Part shown: positions 1-7,120 of the stretch, piece after piece
How the letters are laid out: the number at the start of each line of letters is the position of its first letter
How positions within the stretch are numbered: the first letter of the stretch is position 1
From: a virus
IMG/VR virus record: IMGVR_UViG_3300045988_079303
Location: 1 to 18,588 of that record
Strand: one strand, 5' to 3'
Length of the DNA stretch: 18,588 bases
The notes under the pieces: generated by a model
The model's database searches: none
What the model was told of the DNA's origin: nothing
What the model saw: only the letters and a program-made list of their open reading frames with translations
Program-made: the position numbers and the translations under genes

Positions 1-178
1 CAGTTGGGATCTTTCAGCTAACCGTTCTGTATCAGTTTTAGAAGAACTAGAGGGCTGTACTCCTCCCAACTCGACTCACCCCAACCACACCACAGCGCGA
101 CACACGCCGCACCCACCACAGCGCGACACAGCACACGGCATGTCTGCTCGACACACCGCATGGCTAATGAATGCCACA
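1..178. repeat. Left inverted terminal repeat (ITR) of a linear genome. It is the exact reverse complement of 18411..18588.
   Basis: I reverse-complemented the last ~180 nt by hand and it matches the first ~178 nt base for base (cagttgggatctttcagctaacc... vs ...ggttagctgaaagatcccaactg). A 2-nt indel lies at the inner boundary. Termini of this kind are typical of protein-primed replicons. Confidence 0.95.
88..130. repeat. Direct 17-mer repeat caccacagcgcgacaca (88..104 and 114..130, period 26) inside the ITR. It is mirrored at 18459..18501 in the right ITR.
   Basis: Read directly in the sequence. Its function is unknown; it could be a binding site for replication or packaging proteins. Confidence 0.8.
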
Positions 179-389
179 TGTCAACCTCCTAATCTGTAAG
201 CGGCTGTTACATACCGTTCGCCGATTATCTCAATTTGTGCTGTGATCTACTCATGGCACAGCGTACTATATCTCATGGTACCTTGATAATCGAATCCAGC
301 TGGCCCGCGCTCCGGGGTTGACTTGTCCCCTGGTTCAACGCGGTGGCAATCCGGCTGGGGTCTATAACTGTCAGGCATGGAGGTACATC

Positions 390-692
390 ATGGAAGAGAT
401 GACTACTAAGCTCATCAATCGAGCTATCAAGACTGAGGAGCGACTGCGCTACCTGGCTGAGGAGTTGGCCGTGGAGGCGCAAGCTGCTAAGGATCGCAAT
501 ACTTTTGAGTGGATTGCTTACCGTAACATGCGGGCGATGTGGCGTGGTTCGCGCGAGGTCCTTAAGGACATGGGCGTCAAGCTCTGCGGCTGGGATGATG
601 AGATATTTGGCTATTTGCTGGATGGCGTCTGGCACGACTATAACGAGGAGGGGCTGGATGACTATTCCGAGGAGGGCTTCGATGAGGACTAG
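390..692 (+). CDS. Hypothetical early protein, 100 aa, with a strongly acidic C-terminus (GWDDEIFGYLLDGVWHDYNEEGLDDYSEEGFDED).
   Basis: ATG at 390 follows GGAGGT (379..384) with a 5-nt spacer. It lies in frame within track ORF 318..692, which begins at a TTG with no RBS. It is the first gene after the left ITR. Confidence 0.5.
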   Translation: MEEMTTKLINRAIKTEERLRYLAEELAVEAQAAKDRNTFEWIAYRNMRAMWRGSREVLKDMGVKLCGWDDEIFGYLLDGVWHDYNEEGLDDYSEEGFDED

Positions 693-782
693 CGGGGATT
701 GGGTTCTTAGGCTGTTCTTCTTCGTCCTTGCAATCGTCATGGTCTATTGTCTCTGGGTCGCCCCGCTGAAGGGGTGGTAGTG

Positions 783-998
783 ATGAACATGATGACACAG
801 GATCAGAGAGCGGCCTACGGGCTGGCCATTGACGCGATCATGGGCATCCATGACGCGCTCAATGATTCCGATGACGAGGGCGTGAGGTGGGCGCTTTGCG
901 ACATCTGGCGCGGACTTGTCCAGGATTGCCAGAGGCTCGGGTGCACTGTCGGCCACATTGACGGCATGGTGGTGGTGGTGCCACGTGCCAAGGTTTGA
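783..998 (+). CDS. Hypothetical small early protein (71 aa).
   Basis: ATG at 783 is preceded by GAAGGGGTGG (769..778). It lies in frame within track ORF 747..998. Confidence 0.4.
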   Translation: MNMMTQDQRAAYGLAIDAIMGIHDALNDSDDEGVRWALCDIWRGLVQDCQRLGCTVGHIDGMVVVVPRAKV

Positions 999-1062
999 TG
1001 GGGACGATCAGCGCATCCAGATCGTTTACAAGCGCCCCTGTGAGACTTGTACGGAGAGGGGC

Positions 1063-1275
1063 ATGGCACAGGATTCCTACGAGGATGTCATGGCTTACAT
1101 TCGTAAGAAGAGGGCCAAGTGCATGCGGATTAGGGATCTGGGGGTTGCCAAGAAGAAGCCTGACATGGTGAATGCGGCACTTAACGAGCTGGCCTTATTG
1201 GATTGCCTATCCAAGGCTGCCAGGGGCTGGTTGAATGACAAGCGGAAGCGGGGAAAGTATGAGAAGATACACTGA
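1063..1275 (+). CDS. Hypothetical small basic protein (70 aa, K/R-rich). It may be a DNA-binding early protein.
   Basis: ATG at 1063 follows GGAGAGGGG. The upstream part of track ORF 916..1275 overlaps the previous gene in another frame, so the shorter form is preferred. A start further upstream cannot be excluded. Confidence 0.4.
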   Translation: MAQDSYEDVMAYIRKKRAKCMRIRDLGVAKKKPDMVNAALNELALLDCLSKAARGWLNDKRKRGKYEKIH

Positions 1276-1603
1276 TGATGTGAGCTTCCATAAGAAGCGG
1301 TTTCTGGTTCGCATCGCTGATACTTACGCTCTTATGGCCGTGGATGGCTACACGTTCGAGGATTCCTTGACCGGCCTCACCTTGGGAGTTCACAAGGACG
1401 GCAGGGATGGCATGTGGCACGTAGATTGTCTGCGGACGGGAATGTGCCTGGTGGTCGAGAAGACGCGTGGGCGAGCATACGTCCGCTACAAGCGTGTTCG
1501 TTGGAAGTACGCTGACAAGTTGCAAGCCGGTGATTTTAATAGGCTTCAGGAGGAGTTCGCCGATCTAGTCGATGACTGGGAGAAGAGCAATGGCCGTCCG
1601 TAA
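1259..1603 (+). CDS. Hypothetical early protein (114 aa).
   Basis: ATG at 1259 follows GGGGAAAG. It lies in frame within track ORF 1235..1603 and overlaps the upstream gene by 17 nt, a typical compact phage arrangement. Confidence 0.45.
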   Translation: MRRYTDDVSFHKKRFLVRIADTYALMAVDGYTFEDSLTGLTLGVHKDGRDGMWHVDCLRTGMCLVVEKTRGRAYVRYKRVRWKYADKLQAGDFNRLQEEFADLVDDWEKSNGRP

Positions 1604-1841
1604 CATAAGGCGCCGGGTCACGTTTACCTGCGCGAGGGGAAACAGGCTTAACGCTCTTGGCGAGTTCGAGCCGGTCACTGAGGTTATCTGTGGCCGTCTT
1701 GATAGGCAGGAGGCACAGGACCGAATGAGAAGGGAGTATAGGGATGACACGATCGTAGTTCAGACCGTCGAGCATGACACGAGCACCTACGTTTTGGACT
1801 TTTGGAAGTTTTTGGAACTGGCAACGATTGAGGAGAACTAG
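1590..1841 (+). CDS. Hypothetical small basic protein (83 aa).
   Basis: ATG at 1590 follows GGGAGAAG with a 4-nt spacer. It lies in frame within track ORF 1572..1841. Confidence 0.4.
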   Translation: MAVRNIRRRVTFTCARGNRLNALGEFEPVTEVICGRLDRQEAQDRMRREYRDDTIVVQTVEHDTSTYVLDFWKFLELATIEEN

Positions 1842-1842
1842 C

Positions 1843-2292
1843 ATGAGCATCTTTGACGTCAAGAAGAGCAGCGCCTGGAACTACACGCGCATCGAGAAGG
1901 ATGACTATACCGACACGTTGGGCGGCGTCGTTGTCGGCATGGACAACCCGCAGGCCTACGACTACCGAACCAAGCAGGCCCGCAAGTGGGATGACGGCAC
2001 CCCGGTTCGCAACATTCGCCTGTTCATCGCAATTGCCGATGGCTCCGAGCGTTCCGTCACGTTCCGGCCCAAGAGCGCCCTTTATGACGCGATCGTGAAG
2101 GCGGGTAACCTCGACTCTCTTACCGAGCTTGTCGGTCGAAACATCACGATCAGCACCGAGCCCGGCGCCTATAGCGTGACAAACCCGCGCCCCTGGAAGG
2201 TTATCGTGGGGGACGTTGTTGAGGGTGCCAAGCTCCACAAGGTGCCGGTCATCGACTATGACTCGGACGTGAGCCCCATCACGGGGGAGTAG
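1843..2292 (+). CDS. Hypothetical early protein (149 aa). By position upstream of the terminal-protein and polymerase genes it could be a replication accessory protein (SSB or dsDNA-binding), but this is synteny-based speculation only.
   Basis: ATG at 1843 follows GAGGAGAA (1831..1838). It lies in frame within track ORF 1774..2292. A strong terminator follows. Confidence 0.5.
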   Translation: MSIFDVKKSSAWNYTRIEKDDYTDTLGGVVVGMDNPQAYDYRTKQARKWDDGTPVRNIRLFIAIADGSERSVTFRPKSALYDAIVKAGNLDSLTELVGRNITISTEPGAYSVTNPRPWKVIVGDVVEGAKLHKVPVIDYDSDVSPITGE

Positions 2293-2302
2293 TACCATTT
2301 GA

Positions 2303-2333
2303 GGGCCGGGCGCTTGCCCGGCCCTTTCCTTTG
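2303..2333 (+). terminator. Rho-independent terminator. Stem gggccgggc / gcccggccc (9 bp), loop gctt, then tttcctttg.
   Basis: Perfect GC-rich hairpin at 2303..2324 followed by a T-rich run, immediately after the stop codon at 2292. Confidence 0.75.
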
Positions 2334-2344
2334 ATTGGAGAACC

Positions 2345-3181
2345 ATGGCGGATAAGCGACCCTCGCTATCAAGGCTTCAGAAGCGCGCCCGGGACAAGGC
2401 ATCACGTCTGCGCGGGCGCGGCGCATCCGTCGAGGCTGTGGCCGCAGTGTCTCCGGTCAAACCCTGGGCAGAGGTCAAGGCCTACACGCCAGCGCAGAAG
2501 CGCGCGTATAGGAAGCAGTTAAAGAAGTGGACCTCGCGGGACACGGCATTTGTCGTGTCTACCCCTGGCACCGCTTTTGGGCAGATGCCAGTGGGCGGGG
2601 ACCTAATACCCAAGGAGGACGTCAAGAGGCTCAGGAGCCTTGCCAAGGAACTGCAAAGGATGTCGCGCAAGATGTACGAGGATGTCGCGGGCATCAAGGT
2701 GGACTATTCGGTGCCAGGGGCCAAGGGTGGCATCCGCAAGGACGTGGTGGGCGGCGAGGGTGACCTCAACGCCTTCCAGACAACCAAGTATAGGAGCGTC
2801 TACGGGGGCTTGCCTGAGTTTGAGGTCAAGGTCACGCCAACGAGCGCCAAGGGCGCAAAGCGCATGCAAAGGAACCTTGAGCACGCCATAGCACGTGACA
2901 TTGCCAAGCGCCGCAAGCAGTCACGCGCCAATGCCGTGAAGATGGCAAGGCAGCTGGGCAACGACAAGCTCGCGCGAGGGCTTGCCAACATGAGCGCCAA
3001 GGCCTTTGACGTGCTGGCAAATCGTAGCGACTTCTTCGAGCTGCTGGCCCTGGCCTACTCAGAGAGTCAGGTTGCATCGGGGTACAAGGGTGCGGCGATC
3101 GAGAGCGCCGAGGACACGCAGAGCTCGATGCTGGGCAAGGCCGAGGAGCTATACCACGTGGCGCGCAAGGCGGTGAGGTGA
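2345..3181 (+). CDS. Putative terminal protein (278 aa, very basic) that would prime DNA replication.
   Basis: GGAGA RBS then ATG at 2345. It sits immediately upstream of the protein-primed PolB and is translationally coupled to it (GTGA overlap), as with phi29 gene 3 and gene 2. Its size is comparable to phi29 TP (266 aa). I could not recognise direct sequence similarity from memory. Confidence 0.5.
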   Translation: MADKRPSLSRLQKRARDKASRLRGRGASVEAVAAVSPVKPWAEVKAYTPAQKRAYRKQLKKWTSRDTAFVVSTPGTAFGQMPVGGDLIPKEDVKRLRSLAKELQRMSRKMYEDVAGIKVDYSVPGAKGGIRKDVVGGEGDLNAFQTTKYRSVYGGLPEFEVKVTPTSAKGAKRMQRNLEHAIARDIAKRRKQSRANAVKMARQLGNDKLARGLANMSAKAFDVLANRSDFFELLALAYSESQVASGYKGAAIESAEDTQSSMLGKAEELYHVARKAVR

Positions 3182-4893
3182 GATGCGTGGAGTGGGCCGC
3201 AGCTGACTTCGAGACCACCACGATTGCCGAGGACTGCCGCGTGTGGGCCTGGGCCGTGGCGCCAGTGGGCGAGGGCGAGACGGTGTATGGCAACTCCATC
3301 GACACCTTCTTGCTTTACATGGCTGGGCACGCAGATGTCACGTTTTGGTTTCACAACCTTGCCTTTGATGGGCGTTTCATAACGGACCGCCTCTTGCGCC
3401 TTGGGTATGTGTGGGTTGCCGCCGAGCCGATGGCAGGGCAGTTCACAACGCTTGTGAGCTCCACGGGCAAGTTCTACAGCATGACTATTGCCTTCTACAA
3501 TGGCCGCACGGTTGAGGTGCGCGACTCGCTCAAGGTCTTCCCCATGTCGGTTGCCAACGTCGCCAAGGCCTTTAACCTTCCCGAGGGCAAGGGCGAGCTG
3601 GACTATGAGACGGTGCGCCCGGTGGGGCACGAGTTGACCCACGGGGAAATTGATTACATCCGGCGCGATGTCGAGATCATGGCGGCGGCGCTCAAGTCCA
3701 ACATGGACGAGGGCCTCACCAAGATGACCGTTGGGTCGAATGCCTTCGGCTACTTCAAGGAGCAGACCGGCAAGAAGGCATTCCGAACGCTCTTCCCCAC
3801 CATATCAATGCAGGCGGACGAGGACATAAGGCGATCGTACCGAGGCGGCTTTACCTATGTTAACCCGCGATTCAAGGGTGTTGACGTCTACGGGGGCATC
3901 TCCGTGGATTACAACTCGATGTACCCGAGCATGATGATTTCCAAATGGTACCCGGTTGGGAAGCCACAGCCCTATGATGGTGTGTTTGGCCCGATTGTCG
4001 GTGGGTTTCCCGCGTTTGACCCGGCAAAAGAGTTGTATGTGCAGCGCATGACGGTGACGTTTGCGCTCAAGCCCGATGGCATCCCCATGGTGCAGCTGCG
4101 CTCAAATGGCTTGTTCGGGATGCACGAGTACGTGCGCGAGTGCTCAGAACCCGTGCAGATAACGCTCACCTGCGTTGACTGTGACCTGTTCTTTGGCAAC
4201 TACGACGTCGAGGTGTGGAGCTGGGACGGTGGGTATTCGTTCCGCACGGCGCACGGGTCAAGGCTGTTCGGTGAGTATGTCGAGCACTGGGGGAGCATCA
4301 AGCGTGCGTCAAAGGGGCCAAAGCGGCAGATCGCAAAGCTGATGCTTAACAACATTTACGGCAAGTTCGCCACGAACCCGGACGTTACGCCAAAGGTGCC
4401 GGTCATGGACGAGGGCGGCACGGTGCGCTGGATGCTGGGGCCCGCCGAGACGAGGGATCCGGTTTACCTTCCTGTTGGTGCGTTCTGCACGGCGTGGGCT
4501 AGGCACACGCTCATCTCGGCGATTCACGCGAACCAGGATCGTTTCATTTACTGCGACACCGACTCAATGCACCTGGCCGGAACTGAGGACCCCGAGGGCA
4601 TCCCACTTCATGACACGAACCTTTGTGCATGGAAGGTGGAAGGCACATTCAGCCACGCGCGGCATCTTCGCGCCAAGTGCTACATCTGGGACCTAAACGG
4701 CGAGGTGTCGGTAACGTGCGCGGGCATGCCTAGCAACGTCAAGGCGCTTTGCACCTTCGAGAACTTCCATTTTGGCCTGTCAAACGTTGACCCGCTCACG
4801 GGTAAGGTAATCGAGGGCGCGGGCAAGCTGACACCCGTGAGCGTGCCAGGCGGCGTCGTGCTTGAGCCACGCGCGTATGAGCTTCATGAGTGA
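3178..4893 (+). CDS. Protein-primed family-B DNA polymerase, phi29 gp2-like, 571 aa.
   Basis: The N-terminus ...AAADFETTTIAEDCRVWAWA closely resembles the phi29 ExoI region (CDFETTTKVEDCRVWAYG). FHNLAFDGRFI is the ExoII motif. KLMLNNIYGKF (~4336..4368) is motif B. FIYCDTDSMHLAG (~4548..4580) is motif C, YCDTDS. The GTG start at 3178 overlaps the upstream stop (GTGA). Confidence 0.95.
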   Translation: MRCVEWAAADFETTTIAEDCRVWAWAVAPVGEGETVYGNSIDTFLLYMAGHADVTFWFHNLAFDGRFITDRLLRLGYVWVAAEPMAGQFTTLVSSTGKFYSMTIAFYNGRTVEVRDSLKVFPMSVANVAKAFNLPEGKGELDYETVRPVGHELTHGEIDYIRRDVEIMAAALKSNMDEGLTKMTVGSNAFGYFKEQTGKKAFRTLFPTISMQADEDIRRSYRGGFTYVNPRFKGVDVYGGISVDYNSMYPSMMISKWYPVGKPQPYDGVFGPIVGGFPAFDPAKELYVQRMTVTFALKPDGIPMVQLRSNGLFGMHEYVRECSEPVQITLTCVDCDLFFGNYDVEVWSWDGGYSFRTAHGSRLFGEYVEHWGSIKRASKGPKRQIAKLMLNNIYGKFATNPDVTPKVPVMDEGGTVRWMLGPAETRDPVYLPVGAFCTAWARHTLISAIHANQDRFIYCDTDSMHLAGTEDPEGIPLHDTNLCAWKVEGTFSHARHLRAKCYIWDLNGEVSVTCAGMPSNVKALCTFENFHFGLSNVDPLTGKVIEGAGKLTPVSVPGGVVLEPRAYELHE

Positions 4894-4925
4894 TGTATAG
4901 TGATGGCGTGGGCGGTTGCCGCAGG

Positions 4926-4964
4926 TTCGCAATGGCGCTGATGGGGATTCGCAAGGCTGATCGG
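4926..4964. promoter_or_regulatory. Two imperfect direct repeats, ttcgcaatggcgctgatgg and ttcgcaaggctgatcgg (period 22), in the gap between the polymerase and the structural genes. They may be an operator for an early/late switch regulator.
   Basis: Read directly in the sequence. The location is analogous to the regulator-binding region at the phi29 late promoter. The function is inferred. Confidence 0.3.
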
Positions 4965-5016
4965 CCTTCCCCGCGCTGGCAGGCGGCGCGGCGATGGCGG
5001 TTTGCTGCCCGCAAAC

Positions 5017-5044
5017 TTTACGGCGGCTTGCCACGGTCTATACT
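5017..5044 (+). promoter_or_regulatory. Candidate sigma70-type late promoter: -35 tttacg (5017..5022), 16-nt spacer, -10 tatact (5039..5044).
   Basis: The hexamers match the consensus 4/6 and 5/6 with near-optimal spacing. It lies ~40 nt upstream of the RBS of the scaffold-like gene. A small hairpin gtttgc-tgccc-gcaaac (5000..5016) abuts the -35 element. Confidence 0.3.
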
Positions 5045-5082
5045 GTGAGCAGGCCGCTTTACTTTTAGACAAGGAGGATCGC

Positions 5083-5343
5083 ATGGACGAGAACGAGGAC
5101 AAGCGACCCGCCGAGGAGGAGCCCGAGGGCACCCCCGAGGAGGAGCACGAGAACGAGCAGGACGAGACCAACGCCGAGCAGAGCGCGGGCATCGCAGAGC
5201 TGAAGGCGGACATTGCCGCCATCAATGACAAGATCGATGGCATCATCGCCACGATCGCCACGCTCACGGTGACCGGCGAGGACGAGGCCGAGGATGAGGA
5301 TGATGAGGTCTACCCGGACCTCTCCGACCTGATGGGAGACTAG
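5083..5343 (+). CDS. Extremely acidic small protein (86 aa; MDENEDKRPAEEEPEGTPEEEHENEQDE...EDEAEDEDDEVYPDL). It is probably a head scaffolding protein (phi29 gp7-like position); alternatively a DNA mimic.
   Basis: AAGGAGGA RBS then ATG at 5083. It lies in frame within track ORF 5002..5343. It sits immediately upstream of the major capsid gene, as phi29 gp7 (98 aa, acidic) does. Confidence 0.5.
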   Translation: MDENEDKRPAEEEPEGTPEEEHENEQDETNAEQSAGIAELKADIAAINDKIDGIIATIATLTVTGEDEAEDEDDEVYPDLSDLMGD

Positions 5344-5346
5344 CTA

Positions 5347-7056
5347 ATGGCAGAGATCGTAAACGGCAAGCTTCACGCTACCAACGCCGAGATTCTTAAC
5401 GAGATTCGCAAGTATGCGTCCCAGGACTACCAGAACCGCATTCCCGCTGCCACGCAGGGGAGCGCTGCCGAGTCCATCAAGGCGCTGAACCAGTACCCTA
5501 ACGACTGGAACACGGCCATTGAGATTCTGCACAATCAGATTGGCCGCCGTCTCGTGCGTGACAAGTCCTTTACCACCAAGTTCACGCGCCTGTTCGGCGA
5601 GTCGCTGACCTACGGTACGTCCGTGCAGGAAATGCAGGTCAACCTTCTTCGCGCCAAGACCTATGACAAGGATGCCCTGGATGTCTGGACGGTCGAGGGT
5701 CGTGAGCCTGACGTCCACGTGAACTATCACACGATGAACACCAAGCTCAAGTACGAGCTGCAAACGCCGATGGAGGACATGCTGCGCGGCGCCTTTGACG
5801 CGTCCCAGTCGCTTGACTCGCTCATGAACTCGATCTATGCCAAGCCCAAGGACTCGCTTGAGAACGACACCCAGCTCAACGTCATGCGCATGTTGGGCCA
5901 CTACCAGCAGTTCGAGGATGGCGGCTTCTACAACATCCATGTTGACGATGTTGCTACGGCAGATGACCCCGCCGCCGCCTGTCGCAAGATCGCCAAGATC
6001 GTGCGCCAGCTCAAGACAGACACGGACGTCTACAACACCATCTATTCCCCCGAGGGGCGCACGCGCGGCCTTGCCACGCGCACGAGCGGCAACATTGTGG
6101 TCATTCCGTCCACGGTCGATGCCAACCTCACCGTCGAGATGATGGCCTACATGTTCAACGAGCAGAACGGGGAGCTCTTGGCCGACCGCATCATCACGGT
6201 GCCGCAGGCCCAGATGGACGAGCTCGTCTTCCCCGGCTGCCAGCTCCTTTGGCTTGACGAGGACTTCTTCGTATGCCACAACAACCTCGGGCCCATCCAG
6301 CTCACGGCGCCCATTAACCCGCTGAACATGTACCAGCTCTCCGTCCTGCATTGCTGGCAGACGATCAGCTACTCTCGCTTCTGCAATGCCATTGCGCTGT
6401 CCACCATGCCTGACACCGAGGTTGCCGAGATTAACTCCACGGTCACGGGTGTCACGCTCACGGACGCCAAGGGTCAGGACAACTCCACGATCACGCCGCA
6501 GCTGGACGTCATGACCGGCGGTGTGCTCGACCCGTCCGTGCGCCTCTCCGCTGTGGTGCAGGGGGCCAACTTCCCCTCCCAGGCGGTGCGCTTCGACCTC
6601 GCGGCCTACAACGGTCGCGGCAAGGCCATGACGGTGCCCGATCGCTGCTATGTGGACTCGCTTGGCGTGCTGCACGCTGGCAACGTCCCCGCTGGCACGG
6701 TGCTCAAGGTCACGGCCACGTCTCTTCAGGACGAGACCAAGAGCGCGACCTACACGGCCACGGTCGAGGGTTCAAAGGCGCTTACGGCGCTTGCTGCCAG
6801 CCCCGCATCCGTCACGGTCAAGGTTGGCAAGTCTGCCACGTTCGCGGTAACGCCCACGCCCAAGGACGCCACAGACCCGAGCTTTACGGCGTCGCTTGCC
6901 ACTGGCACGGACAACGCCACGATCAAGCTTGACCGCATCCACTCCACGGTCACGGTAACGGGTGTTAGGGCCGGTGACGCCTCCGTGGCACTCGTTGCCA
7001 CGGGCGCTGACGGCACGCCCATCACCAAGAGCGTTTCCGTCACGGTGCAGGCCTAG
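5347..7056 (+). CDS. Major capsid protein, phi29 gp8-like HK97-fold, with a C-terminal bacterial Ig-like (Big_2) domain. 569 aa.
   Basis: The segment ...LHCWQTISYSRFCNAIAL... resembles phi29 gp8 ...YHVWQTLSVSRFANAVAF.... The C-terminal ~110 aa (nt ~6700..7053) are T/V/A-rich Ig-like repeats (VTVKVGKSATFAVTP...SVSVTVQA), like the gp8 Big_2 insertion. It is followed by the strongest terminator in the genome. Confidence 0.85.
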   Translation: MAEIVNGKLHATNAEILNEIRKYASQDYQNRIPAATQGSAAESIKALNQYPNDWNTAIEILHNQIGRRLVRDKSFTTKFTRLFGESLTYGTSVQEMQVNLLRAKTYDKDALDVWTVEGREPDVHVNYHTMNTKLKYELQTPMEDMLRGAFDASQSLDSLMNSIYAKPKDSLENDTQLNVMRMLGHYQQFEDGGFYNIHVDDVATADDPAAACRKIAKIVRQLKTDTDVYNTIYSPEGRTRGLATRTSGNIVVIPSTVDANLTVEMMAYMFNEQNGELLADRIITVPQAQMDELVFPGCQLLWLDEDFFVCHNNLGPIQLTAPINPLNMYQLSVLHCWQTISYSRFCNAIALSTMPDTEVAEINSTVTGVTLTDAKGQDNSTITPQLDVMTGGVLDPSVRLSAVVQGANFPSQAVRFDLAAYNGRGKAMTVPDRCYVDSLGVLHAGNVPAGTVLKVTATSLQDETKSATYTATVEGSKALTALAASPASVTVKVGKSATFAVTPTPKDATDPSFTASLATGTDNATIKLDRIHSTVTVTGVRAGDASVALVATGADGTPITKSVSVTVQA

Positions 7057-7074
7057 CACCCAGGCGGTAAAATT

Positions 7075-7109
7075 GGCCCCGAGGTTTCCCCTCGGGGCCT
7101 TTTCTTTTA
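7075..7109 (+). terminator. Rho-independent terminator. Stem ggccccgagg / cctcggggcc (10 bp), loop tttcc, then ttttctttt.
   Basis: Perfect hairpin at 7075..7099 followed by a T tract, directly after the capsid gene stop. Confidence 0.85.
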
Positions 7110-7120
7110 AGGAGGTAATC

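Noticed and set aside
88-130. A spaced direct repeat in the ITR considered as a possible CRISPR-like array.
   Set aside because: It has only two 17-nt copies with a 9-nt spacer, lies within a terminal repeat, and has no cas genes. It is a simple direct repeat, not a CRISPR.
319-347. A near-consensus -35 element, ttgact, at 319..324 as an early promoter.
   Set aside because: No acceptable -10 hexamer lies 16-19 nt downstream (cggtgg), and ttgata at 283 likewise lacks a -10. No promoter is called here, although the region probably does contain the early promoter(s).
273-740. A 155-aa minus-strand ORF spanning the left end and the first gene.
   Set aside because: It is antisense to a + strand gene that has a good RBS. 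It has no RBS of its own and would read out toward the ITR.
5344-6675. A 443-aa ORF on the minus strand opposite the capsid gene. Similar long minus-strand ORFs lie at 1684..2346, 3067..3642, 8444..9064, 10893..11519, 13331..13921 and 15119..15922.
   Set aside because: High-GC DNA generates long stop-free antisense frames. None has an RBS. All lie fully inside well-supported + strand genes with recognisable homology. Their products are Arg/Gly/His-rich low-complexity sequences typical of antisense artefacts.
6962-7120. A 5' extension of the tail-knob ORF overlapping the capsid gene. Analogous 5' extensions of track ORFs start at 1774, 5002, 15937, 1235, 318 and 747.
   Set aside because: The extensions overlap upstream genes in another frame, cross terminator hairpins or begin at TTG/GTG without an RBS. 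In each case an internal ATG or GTG with a clear Shine-Dalgarno sequence gives a tidy non-overlapping gene.
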